A stretch of DNA of 45,957 bases, taken from positions 1 through 45,957 of the forward strand of contig CAYUSL010000003.1 of the NCBI GenBank assembly GCA_964447125.1. The letters run 5' to 3'. This DNA is from an uncultured bacterium. GTDB lineage: Bacteria; JADJOY01. The notes below the pieces were generated by a model. That model saw only the letters and a program-made list of their open reading frames with translations. It had not been told where the DNA came from and made no database searches. Each line of letters starts with the position of its first letter. Position 1 is the stretch's first letter. A program made the position numbers and the translations under genes. Below are positions 1 to 9,523 of the stretch, one piece after another.

Positions 1-52
1 GTCCAGCGTGCGCTGACGGCCGACGGGGCGGACGAAACTGTCCAAACTCCAG

Positions 53-77
53 GGGCCGCGTGTGCTACACGCGGCCC
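53..77 (-). terminator. GC-rich hairpin downstream of the 117..2363 gene (possible intrinsic terminator)
   Basis: Perfect inverted repeat GGGCCGCGTGT / ACACGCGGCCC (53-63 / 67-77). On the minus strand it is followed by CTGGAGTTTGGACAGTTTCG, which is moderately U-rich. A second 7-bp hairpin GTGCGGA / TCCGCAC lies at 90-108, just past the stop codon. Confidence 0.35.
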
Positions 78-116
78 GTCGTGCGTCCGGTGCGGAAGGG
101 ATCCGCACCATCGCGC

Positions 117-2363
117 TCAGCCAGCTTCTTCGTAGGTTTCGGCGCGGGCCTCGTCGAGACGCCGCAAGCCCTCGAGCACCAGGCTCTCGTAGCCGGCGTC
201 GATGGTCTCGAGCGGCGCGATCGCCCCGGTTTCGATCAGAAATTCGCCATCGTTCCAGCCGATGACGCGGTAGAACGCTTCTTCACCTTGCTCGTCTGCA
301 GCCTCGGCGTGGACGATGGTGCCATCGCGCAACCAGATGCTGCCTTCGTCGCCGCCCCGCATCAGCGCGATCCGTGCCGTCTTCCCACCCGTGGCCAAGA
401 TCTGGATGATGTCGGCGAGGCTCATCTCGCTCAGCCGACCCGAGACGCCGCTCTGGCCAGCGCGGGCTCGGCTGGAGCGTGCCGCCGCAACACGCTCCAA
501 CACGCGCTCGATCTTCGCGAGCAACACTTTCTCGCCCACGATCTTGAGCACGTAGTCTTCGGCGCCACGCTCGAGCGCTTGTCCCATCGTGGCCTGACTC
601 TGTTCGGCGGTCACGAACATCACGGTGGGGCCGGCGGCACTGGCGGCACCCGTGCCCGAGAGGAACGCGAGCGGATCGCCGTCGGGCAGGTGCACCTCGG
701 AGACCACCAGCTCGGGCTCGTAGTCGCGGATCAGCTCACGCGCCTTCACGAAGCTCGGTGCGCGCAAGACGCGCACCTCACGCGAGAGCAAGTGCGACCC
801 CAGCGACTCGGCGAACTCGGCGTCGGGATCGACGATGAGCACCTTGTCGAGACCCACGTCGATTTCGCCCAGGAGCAGGCCCTTCTCCAGCACCTCGAGG
901 AAGGTGTTGAGCACGCGGGCGTCGAAGAGCTTGCCGCGCCCGTCCACGAGCCGGCGGAACGCCGTCGCGATCTCTCCCTTGTCGTCGGGGATCCGATCGC
1001 CGGCGAGCCGCTGGAACGCGATCAGCGCCGTGAGGATTCGCGCGCCGAGCGGGATCTCGTCGCCACTTCGCCCCTCGGGGAAGCCCTCGCCGTCCACGCG
1101 CTCGTAGAGGTGCGCCAGCACGCGATCCGCGGGCACGGGGATGTCGAGATGCACCAGCCAGTGGATGGGAATTCGCACTTGCTCGAGGAGCAACGTCTTG
1201 TCCGTATCCGGCATGACGTCGACGAGACTCGGGATGGTGAGCTCGTCACGAGCGAGCTGATGCATGTACGCGGCGACGGTGAGCTCGTCGAGCGCCGCGG
1301 CGCCCAAGCCCAAGCGCTGCCCCGCCTGCCGCGCGATGCGCGGCAGGCTCGGACCGCTCTGAGCGCGGCCCGCGTCGAGCGTGACACCCTTCAAGAACTT
1401 CTCGAGCACCTCGATCAGGCTGTCGATGAGCTGGCGCACCCGCCCCGGCTCTTCGACCAAGGCCTCGCCGAAGGCGCTCACGCTGCGGATCTTCACGTGC
1501 GGCACGAGCCGCTGGACCCAATCCGTCAGCCCTGCTTCGCGCTTCGCGATCTCGTCGCGAATCAGCAACACCTGCGGGGGCTCGCGCGCCACCAGCTCGG
1601 CGAGCTGCTCGCGATCGATGACGGGCCGCGCACGGTAGCCTTCGTTCTGGAGGAACGCGCGCACCGCGCGGGCGCGGGCGGCATCGGGCTCGTAGAGGGC
1701 GACGATGTCGCCGTGCGGGCTCTCGGGCTCGTGGGCCTCGGTGCCCGGATGCGAGCCTGTGAGCGAGCCGTGGCGCAAGGCCGCCAGGCGCCGCACGTCT
1801 TCCTGCCATTCGCCACCCACGGGCGGAACCGCAGTCTTGCTCTCGGCAGGCCGCGGCGGTGGCGGTGGCGGCGGCAGCCGGATCACGCTGTCGTCGAGAG
1901 CGCGATCGAAGGCGTCGCCGACGCCCCGGTAGTGTTTGTCGATGGCAGCGCGAATGGTGCTCGGCAGCGCCAGGATCGTCGTGATCACCGGCACCTGGGT
2001 CCGATTGCGAACGGCGTCGACGGTCTTGCGGTCGGTGGGATCGGAAACGATCAGCACCAGCTCGCCACTCGATTTGTTGTACCAGACCGGGAAAACCAGG
2101 TGGCGCTCGGCCTCTTCGAGCGGTACCACCGCCAGGAAGCTCTTGGGCACCAGGTTCTCGGCCACCTGCTTGCGCGTCACGTACGACACGCCGTACTGCT
2201 CGGCCAACCCGCGCAGCACCGTGGCCTCGTCGACGTGACCGAGCCCGACCAACACCTCGCCCACCAGCCCGCCCTTGCGGCGCTGAATTTCGACGGCTTG
2301 CGCGAGCTGGTCCGGCGTGATCAATCCCTGCCGGATGAGGATTTCGCCCAGGCGGTCCGGCAT
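117..2363 (-). CDS. Multidomain signalling protein: MshEN (T2SSE_N) c-di-GMP-binding domain, REC-like segment, degenerate HD-GYP, pseudo-receiver, DUF4388/PATAN-like C-terminus
   Basis: ORF 117..2531 trimmed to the ATG at 2363 (MPDRLGEILIRQGL...), because the longer form would overlap the upstream GT2 gene. Two tandem 24-aa MshEN-type motifs are present: RLGEILIRQGLITPDQLAQAVEIQ and LVGEVLVGLGHVDEATVLRGLAEQ. A poly-Pro linker (PPPPPPPP) follows. The HD-GYP-like block HLYERVDGEGFPEG...EIPLGARI has GYP changed to GFP, and the upstream HD position reads HQ (AAYMHQLARD). The receiver has LIVDPD and LVVSEVHLPDGD (acceptor Asp changed to Glu) but keeps MFVTAE and YVLK. The C-terminus LSEMSLADIIQILATGGKTARIAL...IVHAE...GEEAFYRVIGWNDGEF is typical of DUF4388. 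Confidence 0.85.
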   Translation of the reverse strand: MPDRLGEILIRQGLITPDQLAQAVEIQRRKGGLVGEVLVGLGHVDEATVLRGLAEQYGVSYVTRKQVAENLVPKSFLAVVPLEEAERHLVFPVWYNKSSGELVLIVSDPTDRKTVDAVRNRTQVPVITTILALPSTIRAAIDKHYRGVGDAFDRALDDSVIRLPPPPPPPRPAESKTAVPPVGGEWQEDVRRLAALRHGSLTGSHPGTEAHEPESPHGDIVALYEPDAARARAVRAFLQNEGYRARPVIDREQLAELVAREPPQVLLIRDEIAKREAGLTDWVQRLVPHVKIRSVSAFGEALVEEPGRVRQLIDSLIEVLEKFLKGVTLDAGRAQSGPSLPRIARQAGQRLGLGAAALDELTVAAYMHQLARDELTIPSLVDVMPDTDKTLLLEQVRIPIHWLVHLDIPVPADRVLAHLYERVDGEGFPEGRSGDEIPLGARILTALIAFQRLAGDRIPDDKGEIATAFRRLVDGRGKLFDARVLNTFLEVLEKGLLLGEIDVGLDKVLIVDPDAEFAESLGSHLLSREVRVLRAPSFVKARELIRDYEPELVVSEVHLPDGDPLAFLSGTGAASAAGPTVMFVTAEQSQATMGQALERGAEDYVLKIVGEKVLLAKIERVLERVAAARSSRARAGQSGVSGRLSEMSLADIIQILATGGKTARIALMRGGDEGSIWLRDGTIVHAEAADEQGEEAFYRVIGWNDGEFLIETGAIAPLETIDAGYESLVLEGLRRLDEARAETYEEAG

Positions 2364-2407
2364 CGAGGTGTCTCGCGCTGTCCGGTTCGAGGCCCGCGCG
2401 CTCGCGC

Positions 2408-3085
2408 TCAATCCCAGAAGCGAAATCGGATGATGTGGATCAGCGCGGCGATGCCGTCGCGCCAGCCGATCTTCTTGCCTTCCAGGTAGCTGCGCCCACT
2501 GTACGAGATCGGGGTCTCGTAGATGCGGCACCTGAGCTTCGCCACCTTCGCCGTGAACTCGACCTCGAACCCGAATCGATCCGACTTGAGCTCGATGCGC
2601 TCGAGGATCTCGGTCTTGAAGACTTTGTAGCAGGTCTCCATGTCCGTGAGGTTGAGGTTGGTGGTCATGTTCGAGAGCAATGTGAGGAATCGATTCCCAA
2701 CGTAGTGCCAGAAGTAGAGCACGCGGTGCGGCCCACCCAGGAACCGGGATCCGTAAACCACGTCGGCGCGGCCGTCGAGGATGGGCTCGAGCAGGCGCGG
2801 GTACTCGGCAGGGTGGTACTCGAGGTCCGCGTCCTGGATGATCACGATGTCGCCCGTCACGTGGCGGAAACCGGTGCGAAGTGCGGCACCCTTTCCGCGG
2901 TTGACCTCGTGGTAGACGACCCGTACGCCGCGCTGCTCTTCCTTGGCGAGCACGTCACGGGTGCCGTCGGTGGAGGCGTCGTCGACGACGATGATCTCCT
3001 TCTCGAGCGGCGTAGCCCGCACCTTGTCGAGGAGCGTGGAGATCGTGTCCTTCTCGTTGAATACCGGGATGACTACCGAGATCAT
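2408..3085 (-). CDS. Family-2 glycosyltransferase (polyprenyl-phosphate sugar synthase / DPM1-like)
   Basis: ORF 2408..3136 trimmed to the ATG at 3085 ([13 protein letters not shown]...). GT-A motifs: [39 protein letters not shown]. The stop lies 44 nt upstream of the next minus-strand gene. Confidence 0.88.
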   Translation of the reverse strand: MISVVIPVFNEKDTISTLLDKVRATPLEKEIIVVDDASTDGTRDVLAKEEQRGVRVVYHEVNRGKGAALRTGFRHVTGDIVIIQDADLEYHPAEYPRLLEPILDGRADVVYGSRFLGGPHRVLYFWHYVGNRFLTLLSNMTTNLNLTDMETCYKVFKTEILERIELKSDRFGFEVEFTAKVAKLRCRIYETPISYSGRSYLEGKKIGWRDGIAALIHIIRFRFWD

Positions 3086-3213
3086 TGAGCTTTCCGGGCG
3101 AAATCGCAGGGTTTCGAGGGCGCTCGATTGGAGCACCGAGGCGATCGCAAGTCAACCAGCGCACGCCTGCGCAGGATTGCGGCTGCTACGCGCCAACATC
3201 GTCGTGACACGGT

Positions 3214-3241
3214 TTGACTTGGGCGCGCGCGCTGCTACCTT
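3214..3241 (+). promoter_or_regulatory. Candidate sigma70-type promoter for rpmE
   Basis: TTGACT (3214-3219), a 16-nt spacer, then TACCTT (3236-3241), about 25 nt upstream of the rpmE ATG in a 181-nt divergent intergenic region. The -10 element is weak. Confidence 0.2.
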
Positions 3242-3266
3242 TGCTGGGTTTCCCGCGGAGGTTTCG

Positions 3267-3470
3267 ATGAAGAGCGATATCCATCCCCAGTACCACGAAG
3301 TGCGCGTCCACTGCTCCTGTGGCAACGAGTTCACGACCAAGTCCACGAATCCCAAGCTGCACATCGAGATCTGCTCGGCCTGCCATCCGTTCTACACCGG
3401 CAAGGAGAAGCTGGTGGACGCCGCAGGACGCGTCGATCGCTTCATGAGGAAGTACGCGAAGCGCGCCTGA
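3267..3470 (+). CDS. rpmE: 50S ribosomal protein L31 (Cys-containing, zinc-type)
   Basis: [27 protein letters not shown]...[16 protein letters not shown] lies 7 nt upstream of the ATG at 3267. This is the internal start of ORF 2943..3470. Confidence 0.95.
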   Translation: MKSDIHPQYHEVRVHCSCGNEFTTKSTNPKLHIEICSACHPFYTGKEKLVDAAGRVDRFMRKYAKRA

Positions 3471-3519
3471 CCCGCCCGGCTCCCGAGTTCTTCACGGCCG
3501 CGCATCCGCGGCTAGCCTC

Positions 3520-4602
3520 TTGGTTTCCGCATTGCAGCTCGATTCCGGCCTGACTGCCCGGCTCGAGAAGGCCCGCGATCGCTACCTGGCGATCGCGGAG
3601 GAAATGGCGAGCCCCGAGGCGCTCGCCGATCGCGCGAAGCTCAAGCAGCTCGGGCAGGATGCCGCGGAGCTGCGTGAAGCCGCGCGGCTTCACGAACGCC
3701 TCGCGCTGCTCGTGAAGGAGCTCGCCTCCCATCGGGCACTCGCCGACGCCGAGGACGAAGACCCCGAGCTTCGTCAGCTCGCCGCAGGTGAAGCCGCTGA
3801 AGCCGAGCGCGAGCTCGCGACGCTCGAACGGCAGGCACGCCAGCTCTTCGTACCCAAGGACCCCTTCGACGAGCGAACGGCGTTTCTCGAGCTCCGAGCG
3901 GGCACGGGCGGCGAGGAGGCTTCCCTCTTCGTCAGCGACGTGTTGCGGATGTACGTGCGCTGGGCCGAGTCGCACGGGCTCAAGGTCGAATCGATGGAGC
4001 TCCGGCGCAGCGACTCGGGAGGGATCAAGGAAGCGATCGTGCGGGTCGAGGGGCGCGGCGCGTTCGGTCGGTTTCGGCGTGAGAGTGGTGTGCATCGCGT
4101 GCAGCGCGTGCCCGCAACCGAATCGCAAGGGCGCATCCACACCTCGACGATCACCGTGGCCGTGCTCCCCGAGCCCGACGAGGTGGAAGTGGATCTGCGC
4201 GACGAGGATCTCGAGATCACCACGAGCCGCTCGTCGGGTCCCGGCGGCCAGAACGTCAACCGCACCGACAGCGCCGTACGAATCGTCCACAAACCCACCG
4301 GGCTCGTGGTGACGTGCCAGGACGAACAGTCGCAACACAAGAACAAGGCGCGCGCGAAATCGATCTTGAAAGCGCGGCTGCTCGAGCGTGAACGCGAGAC
4401 CAAGGCGCGAGAGCGCGCCCAGGACCGCAAGAGTCAGGTGGGGACCGGGGACCGCAGCGAGCGCATCCGGACCTACAACTTCCCGCAAGGTCGCGTGACG
4501 GACCATCGCATCGGCCTCACCTTGCACCAGCTCGATCGCATTCTCGAAGGCGATCTCGACCCTCTGCATCAGGCGCTCCTCGATGCCGAGGCGCCCACGT
4601 GA
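3520..4602 (+). CDS. prfA: Peptide chain release factor 1
   Basis: PAT tripeptide ([14 protein letters not shown]) and the GGQ motif ([10 protein letters not shown]). TTG start at 3520; a second TTG at 3532 is an alternative. Confidence 0.93.
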   Translation: MVSALQLDSGLTARLEKARDRYLAIAEEMASPEALADRAKLKQLGQDAAELREAARLHERLALLVKELASHRALADAEDEDPELRQLAAGEAAEAERELATLERQARQLFVPKDPFDERTAFLELRAGTGGEEASLFVSDVLRMYVRWAESHGLKVESMELRRSDSGGIKEAIVRVEGRGAFGRFRRESGVHRVQRVPATESQGRIHTSTITVAVLPEPDEVEVDLRDEDLEITTSRSSGPGGQNVNRTDSAVRIVHKPTGLVVTCQDEQSQHKNKARAKSILKARLLERERETKARERAQDRKSQVGTGDRSERIRTYNFPQGRVTDHRIGLTLHQLDRILEGDLDPLHQALLDAEAPT

Positions 4603-5462
4603 GCCTTCTCGGCACGCGCCACGAGGCGCTGCGGGAAGCGACTCGGCGTTTGCGCGCGTCCGCCGTCGAGAACGCGGCGCACGATGCGCTCGCGCTGCTC
4701 GCGCACGCGAGCGGGCTCACCGCGCTCGACGTCGCGTCCCAAACGGGGGCGCATCTCGACCTCGGCGTCGCCGCGCGCTTCGAGCTCCTCGTTCGGCGAC
4801 GCGCCGAGCGCGTCCCGCTTCAGCACTTGATCGGCACCGTCGGCTTCCACGCGATCGAGCTCGCCGTCGACGAGCGAGTGCTGATCCCGCGCGCCGAGAC
4901 CGAGGTGCTCGTCGACGCGGTACTGGCGTGGCTCGACGACCAGGGCTCGACGGCGCCTCGCGTGTTGGATCTCGGCACCGGCAGCGGCGCAATCGCGCTG
5001 GCGCTGGCACACGCGCGTCCGCACGCCACGGTGGTCGCCACCGACGCGAGCTACGACGCCATCGCCGTGGCGCATCGGAACGCGCAGCGGGTCGGAGTCG
5101 AGCGGCGCGTCTCGTTCGTGTCCGGGCGCTGGCTCGAGCCCTTTCGGGGAGCCCGGCTGTTCGACGTGATCGTGTCGAACCCACCCTACGTGGCGACGGG
5201 GGAAATCGACGCCCTGGCACCCGAGGTTCGCGAGCACGACCCGCGTCTGGCACTCGACGGCGGGATCGACGGCCTGGAGCCGTATCGCGTCATCTGCGCA
5301 GAAGCGCCCCGACACCTGCGGCGCCCCGGCCTGCTGGCGCTCGAAGTGGCTCACGACCGGGCCACCGAGGTCGCGACGCTCGCAGCAGCGGCGGGATTCA
5401 CCCGGTCTGCCGTGCGCGCCGATCTCGACGGGCGCCCACGCGTGGTCGTCGCGGCGCACTGA
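4599..5462 (+). CDS. prmC: Release-factor glutamine N5-methyltransferase (HemK/PrmC)
   Basis: [15 protein letters not shown]-binding motif and the NPPY catalytic motif (VSNPPYV). The GTG start overlaps the prfA stop (GTGA). Confidence 0.9.
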   Translation: MSLLGTRHEALREATRRLRASAVENAAHDALALLAHASGLTALDVASQTGAHLDLGVAARFELLVRRRAERVPLQHLIGTVGFHAIELAVDERVLIPRAETEVLVDAVLAWLDDQGSTAPRVLDLGTGSGAIALALAHARPHATVVATDASYDAIAVAHRNAQRVGVERRVSFVSGRWLEPFRGARLFDVIVSNPPYVATGEIDALAPEVREHDPRLALDGGIDGLEPYRVICAEAPRHLRRPGLLALEVAHDRATEVATLAAAAGFTRSAVRADLDGRPRVVVAAH

Positions 5463-5491
5463 GCGCCGCCGCGAATCGGAGATCGACACCG

Positions 5492-6745
5492 ATGGACAAG
5501 CTCTTGATCGAGGGGGGACCGGCAATCACGGGTGAGATCGACGTCGCCGGCGCCAAGAACAGCGCGCTGCCGGTGCTCGCCGCTTGCCTGCTCACCGCCG
5601 AGCCATGTCGGATCCGCAACGTCCCCGAGGTGCGCGATCTGATGACCATGCGCAAGCTCCTCGACCTCGTCGGCGCGCGTACCGATCGCAGCGATGGCGT
5701 GCTGGAGGTCGAAGCCCGTGAAGTCACGGAGCCGGTCGCGCCCTACGACCTGGTGCGCACGATGCGCGCTTCGGCGATCGTCCTCGGGCCGCTCTTGGCT
5801 CGAAGCGGACGTGCCGCGGTGTCGCTGCCCGGTGGCTGTGCGATCGGCGCGCGCCCCATGAACATGCACCTCGAAGGGCTGGCGAAGATGGGTGCGCGCC
5901 TCGAGCTCGAGGGCGGTTACATCCGCGCCGAAGCGGATCGGTTGGTCGGCGCGACCATCGAATGGACGCGGCCGACGGTCACGGGCACGGAAAACCTGAT
6001 GATGGCCGCGGTGCTGGCCAAGGGCGTCACCCGCATCAAGGGTGCGGCGCTCGAGCCCGAGGTCGTCGATCTGGCGCAGATGCTGACGCGCATGGGCGCG
6101 CGCATCGAAGGCGCCGGCACTCCCGAGATGCGCATCGAGGGCGTCGACCACCTCCACGGCGTAGAGCACACGATCATGCCCGACCGAATCGAGGCCGGAA
6201 CGCTACTGGTGGCCGCCGCCATCACCGGCGGCGACGTGCTGGTGCGCGGTGCGTGTGCCGAGCACCTCGAAGCCGTGCTCGCCAAGCTGACCCAGAGCGG
6301 CGCCGCGATCACGCGCCTCGCGGACGGCATTCGCCTACGCATGGACGGCGCACCACGCCCGGTCGACGTGACGACGCTGCCGTTTCCCGGGTTTCCGACG
6401 GACATGCAGGCGCAGCTCACCAGCCTCGTGTGCCTGGCACCGGGAACGAGCGCCATCACCGAGACGATCTTCGAGAGCCGCTTCATGCACGTGTCCGAGC
6501 TGGAGCGGATGGGCGCCCGCATCGACGTGCAGGGCCCGACCGCGTTCGTCGAGGGAGTCGAGCGCCTGACGGCGGCACCGGTGATGGCCACGGATCTGCG
6601 CGCCAGCGCTGCATTGGTGCTGGCCGGTCTCGCAGCCGAGGGCGTCACCGAGATTCGCCGCGTCTACCACCTGGATCGCGGTTACGCGGAGCTGGACCGC
6701 AAGCTCGTCGCCCTGGGTGCACGAATCCAGCGCGTGGCCGAGTAG
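5492..6745 (+). CDS. murA: UDP-N-acetylglucosamine 1-carboxyvinyltransferase
   Basis: [31 protein letters not shown]..., active-site loop [12 protein letters not shown]-terminal YHLDRGY. The Arg-rich 5' extension of ORF 4583..6745 overlaps prmC and is rejected. Confidence 0.95.
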   Translation: MDKLLIEGGPAITGEIDVAGAKNSALPVLAACLLTAEPCRIRNVPEVRDLMTMRKLLDLVGARTDRSDGVLEVEAREVTEPVAPYDLVRTMRASAIVLGPLLARSGRAAVSLPGGCAIGARPMNMHLEGLAKMGARLELEGGYIRAEADRLVGATIEWTRPTVTGTENLMMAAVLAKGVTRIKGAALEPEVVDLAQMLTRMGARIEGAGTPEMRIEGVDHLHGVEHTIMPDRIEAGTLLVAAAITGGDVLVRGACAEHLEAVLAKLTQSGAAITRLADGIRLRMDGAPRPVDVTTLPFPGFPTDMQAQLTSLVCLAPGTSAITETIFESRFMHVSELERMGARIDVQGPTAFVEGVERLTAAPVMATDLRASAALVLAGLAAEGVTEIRRVYHLDRGYAELDRKLVALGARIQRVAE

Positions 6746-6909
6746 CACGAAGCCGCGTGCTCGCCGGCGACTCGCGCGGACGTGCGCGCCGAAGAGCGAG
6801 CATCCGCTCGAACGGCGCCGCAGCTACGAGCGCGCGTTGGTTGTGCCAAGCTTGGCACTTCGTCACGCCGCCCGAGGCGTCGCATCCGCCCCTTTCGACC
6901 GTACCCGCA

Positions 6910-7782
6910 ATGACCTCCAAGCGCCCACTCGCCGCGTCGCTCGCGGCACTCGTGCTGCTCGTCGCCTGCGCCGCCAAGCTCCACGCACGGCTGCTCTCCC
7001 GCGATCAAGTCCACCGGACGCTCCCCAACGACGCCCTCTACCTGCCCAAGCCCGAGTTCTTCCGTGCGTCGAGCTTCGGCTTCCATCAGCTCGCCGCCGA
7101 CCTGCTGTGGGCGAACCTGGTGCAAGCGGTCGGCAACTGGACGGATCGAGCTCAAGGGTTCAAGTTCACGTACCAGTACGCGGACATCGTCACCGACATC
7201 GATCCCGGCTATGCCGCGCCGTACCTGATCGCCAACTTCTGGCTGACCGGGTGGGATCGTGTGGAGGACGCGAACGCGATCCTGGAGAAAGGCCGGCGGC
7301 GCTTCCCGACGAGCTACAAGTTCCCCTATTACCTCGGGCTCAACTATTTCTTGTGGCTACACGATCGCGTCCGCGCGATCCAATACTTCAGCGAGGCGGC
7401 GACCATCCGCGAGACACCCGAAGCCTCGAAGCGCTCGATGAGCTCGGCGCTCGCACATCCCGAAGATCCGGCCGCGGCATTCGATCTCATCCTGAATCTC
7501 TACAGCGGCGCGGAAAGCAAGCAGGAGCGACAAGCGATCGAGCCGCTGGTGGTGCACGGCGCCTTCTACCAGCTCGCCACCGAGGTCAACACCGCCTCGG
7601 CGAAATTCGAGCAGGCGCACGGGCACAAGCCCACACGGCTCGAAGAGCTGGTGGACGACGGGCTCATTCGCTCAGTCCCCCGCGATCCCTACGGCGGCAC
7701 GCTGCGCCTCGACGATGCGGGCCAGGTGCGCTCGAGCGTGCGGCCGAACTACTGGTGGGAGCGCAAGTCCAGCGCTCGATGA
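6910..7782 (+). CDS. Putative lipoprotein, helical-repeat (TPR-like) hypothetical protein
   Basis: Internal ATG of ORF 5962..7782. Signal peptide with lipobox [20 protein letters not shown]. The remainder is helix-rich ([26 protein letters not shown]...[10 protein letters not shown]). I recognise no family with confidence. Confidence 0.6.
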   Translation: MTSKRPLAASLAALVLLVACAAKLHARLLSRDQVHRTLPNDALYLPKPEFFRASSFGFHQLAADLLWANLVQAVGNWTDRAQGFKFTYQYADIVTDIDPGYAAPYLIANFWLTGWDRVEDANAILEKGRRRFPTSYKFPYYLGLNYFLWLHDRVRAIQYFSEAATIRETPEASKRSMSSALAHPEDPAAAFDLILNLYSGAESKQERQAIEPLVVHGAFYQLATEVNTASAKFEQAHGHKPTRLEELVDDGLIRSVPRDPYGGTLRLDDAGQVRSSVRPNYWWERKSSAR

Positions 7783-7792
7783 GGCGTCCCCG

Positions 7793-8749
7793 ATGGTCGA
7801 CAGCCCCACAGATCCCATCCTCAGCCTCGATGGGGTCCGCAAGAGCTACCGCACACCCTTCGGGCTCGGTCGAATCGAGGCGCTGCGCGGTGTCGACCTG
7901 CAGGTCGCGCGCGGCGAGACCGTGGGATTTCTCGGCCCCAACGGCGCCGGCAAGACCACGACGATCAAGGTGATCCTGGGGCTGATGCGCGCCGACGCGG
8001 GCCAGGTGCGGGTGTTCGGGCGACCGCCCTCGGATCGCTCCGCCCGTCACTCCGTGGGATTCCTGCCCGAGCAACCCTACTTCTACGACTACCTGACTCC
8101 CCGCGAGATCCTCGATCTGGTGGCGGCGCTGTTCGCGCTGCCGCGGCCGGTGGCGCGCAAGCGAGTCGCCGAGCTGATCGATCGCCTCGACCTCGGCTCG
8201 GTGCGCGACACGCCGTTGCGAAAGCTGTCCAAGGGCTGGGTCCAGCGCGTGGGACTCGCCCAGGCGTTGGTGGGCAATCCCGAGCTGGTGGTGATGGACG
8301 AGCCCATGAGCGGTCTCGACCCGTTCGGGCGGCGTGAGGTCCGCGAGCTCTTCGTTTCGCTCAAACGCCACGGCACGGCGGTCCTCTTCAGCTCGCACAT
8401 CCTCTCCGACGCCGAATTGCTCTGCGATCGCGTGGCGGTCATCGCCGGTGGCCGGGTGCACTTCGACGGGCCGCTCGCGCGCTTCGCGTCGGAAGCGCCC
8501 ATCTCGATCGACCTCGTGATCGAGGGCGTGGACGGAGCGGCCCTCGCTCAAGTTGCAGGCGAGCCTTTCGAGCCCGGCGAGCGCGAGGGCAAGTGGTGCG
8601 TGCGCGTCGCGCGCCAAGAGCAGGCGGACCGCCTCGTCGCGCGCACGGTCGAGCGCGGCGGGCGAGTCCTCTCGATCACGCCCAACCGCATGGGGCTCGA
8701 AGAAATCTTCTCCCAGGCCGTCCGCAACAGCCGAGCGGGGACGCCATGA
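7793..8749 (+). CDS. ABC transporter ATP-binding protein
   Basis: Walker [10 protein letters not shown], signature [15 protein letters not shown], Walker B LVVMDEP, H-loop FSSHIL. ATG at 7793 is preceded by GAGG. Confidence 0.92.
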   Translation: MVDSPTDPILSLDGVRKSYRTPFGLGRIEALRGVDLQVARGETVGFLGPNGAGKTTTIKVILGLMRADAGQVRVFGRPPSDRSARHSVGFLPEQPYFYDYLTPREILDLVAALFALPRPVARKRVAELIDRLDLGSVRDTPLRKLSKGWVQRVGLAQALVGNPELVVMDEPMSGLDPFGRREVRELFVSLKRHGTAVLFSSHILSDAELLCDRVAVIAGGRVHFDGPLARFASEAPISIDLVIEGVDGAALAQVAGEPFEPGEREGKWCVRVARQEQADRLVARTVERGGRVLSITPNRMGLEEIFSQAVRNSRAGTP

Positions 8750-9513
8750 AGCAGACACTTGCGATCGCCACGAACACGTTTCGAGAAGCGATTCGCGACC
8801 GCATCTTTCACTCGCTCGTGGTGTTCGCGGTGCTGGTGATCCTGAGCTCGCTGATCCTGGGTTACGTCACGGTCGGCGAGCAGGCTCGGATCGTCATGAA
8901 CGTCGGCCTGGCGTCGATTCACGTGTTCGGCGTGCTGATCGCGATCAGCGTGGGCACCGGCCTCGTGTACAAGGAGATGGCGAAGCGGACGATCATCACG
9001 CTGCTCTCGAAGCCGATCTCGCGGCACCAGTTTCTCCTCGGGAAGTATCTCGGGCTGGGCATGGTGCTGGCCGTGCAGCTCGTGCTCATGACCGCCGTCT
9101 TCCAGGGCCTCTTCTCCGCCCGCGGCGGCTGGGTTTCCGTGCTCACTTACCAAACGGTCTGGCTCATCTACGTGGAGTTGATGGTGATCACGGGGGTGGT
9201 GCTGCTCTTCTCGACCATCACCAGCCCCTTCACGGGCGGCATCCTGAGCCTGCTCTTCTTCCTGATCGGCCATTCGATCGGCGAGCTCCAGAAGTACTCG
9301 AGCACTTATGGCAAGCTCGGCGACAACGTGCTGTGGAAGGTTGCATTTTCGGTCTTTCCGGACCTCGAGCGCTTCAACCTCAAGGAAAACGCGCTCTACC
9401 TGAAGCAGGTCACGTGGGGCTTCGTGGCCGAGACCACTGCCTATGGGATGCTGCTCAGCGCCGCGTTCGTGGTCGCCGCCGTGATCGTGTTCCGGCAACG
9501 CGACTTCACCTGA
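8746..9513 (+). CDS. ABC-2 family transporter permease
   Basis: [33 protein letters not shown]... with about six hydrophobic spans. The ATG overlaps the ATPase stop (ATGA), implying translational coupling. Confidence 0.85.
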   Translation: MKQTLAIATNTFREAIRDRIFHSLVVFAVLVILSSLILGYVTVGEQARIVMNVGLASIHVFGVLIAISVGTGLVYKEMAKRTIITLLSKPISRHQFLLGKYLGLGMVLAVQLVLMTAVFQGLFSARGGWVSVLTYQTVWLIYVELMVITGVVLLFSTITSPFTGGILSLLFFLIGHSIGELQKYSSTYGKLGDNVLWKVAFSVFPDLERFNLKENALYLKQVTWGFVAETTAYGMLLSAAFVVAAVIVFRQRDFT

Positions 9514-9523
9514 CGGAAACGAC

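Noticed and set aside
1854-1877. GGC/GGT trinucleotide-like repeat (CGGCGGTGGCGGTGGCGGCGGCAG)
   Set aside because: It simply encodes the poly-proline linker (PPPPPPPP) of the minus-strand signalling protein. It is not a repeat element.
60-2489. 809-aa plus-strand ORF covering the first 2.4 kb
   Set aside because: It is exactly antisense to the MshEN/HD-GYP/REC gene, which has clear domain motifs. Its translation is Arg/Ala/Gly/Leu/His-rich with no motifs. This is a typical shadow ORF of GC-rich DNA.
4583-5491. 5' extension that makes the murA ORF 720 aa; likewise 5962..6909 for the lipoprotein ORF and 15767..16081 for dnaG
   Set aside because: The extensions are Arg-rich nonsense overlapping prmC, murA or the spacer. 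The conserved protein N-termini begin at internal ATGs (5492, 6910, 16082).
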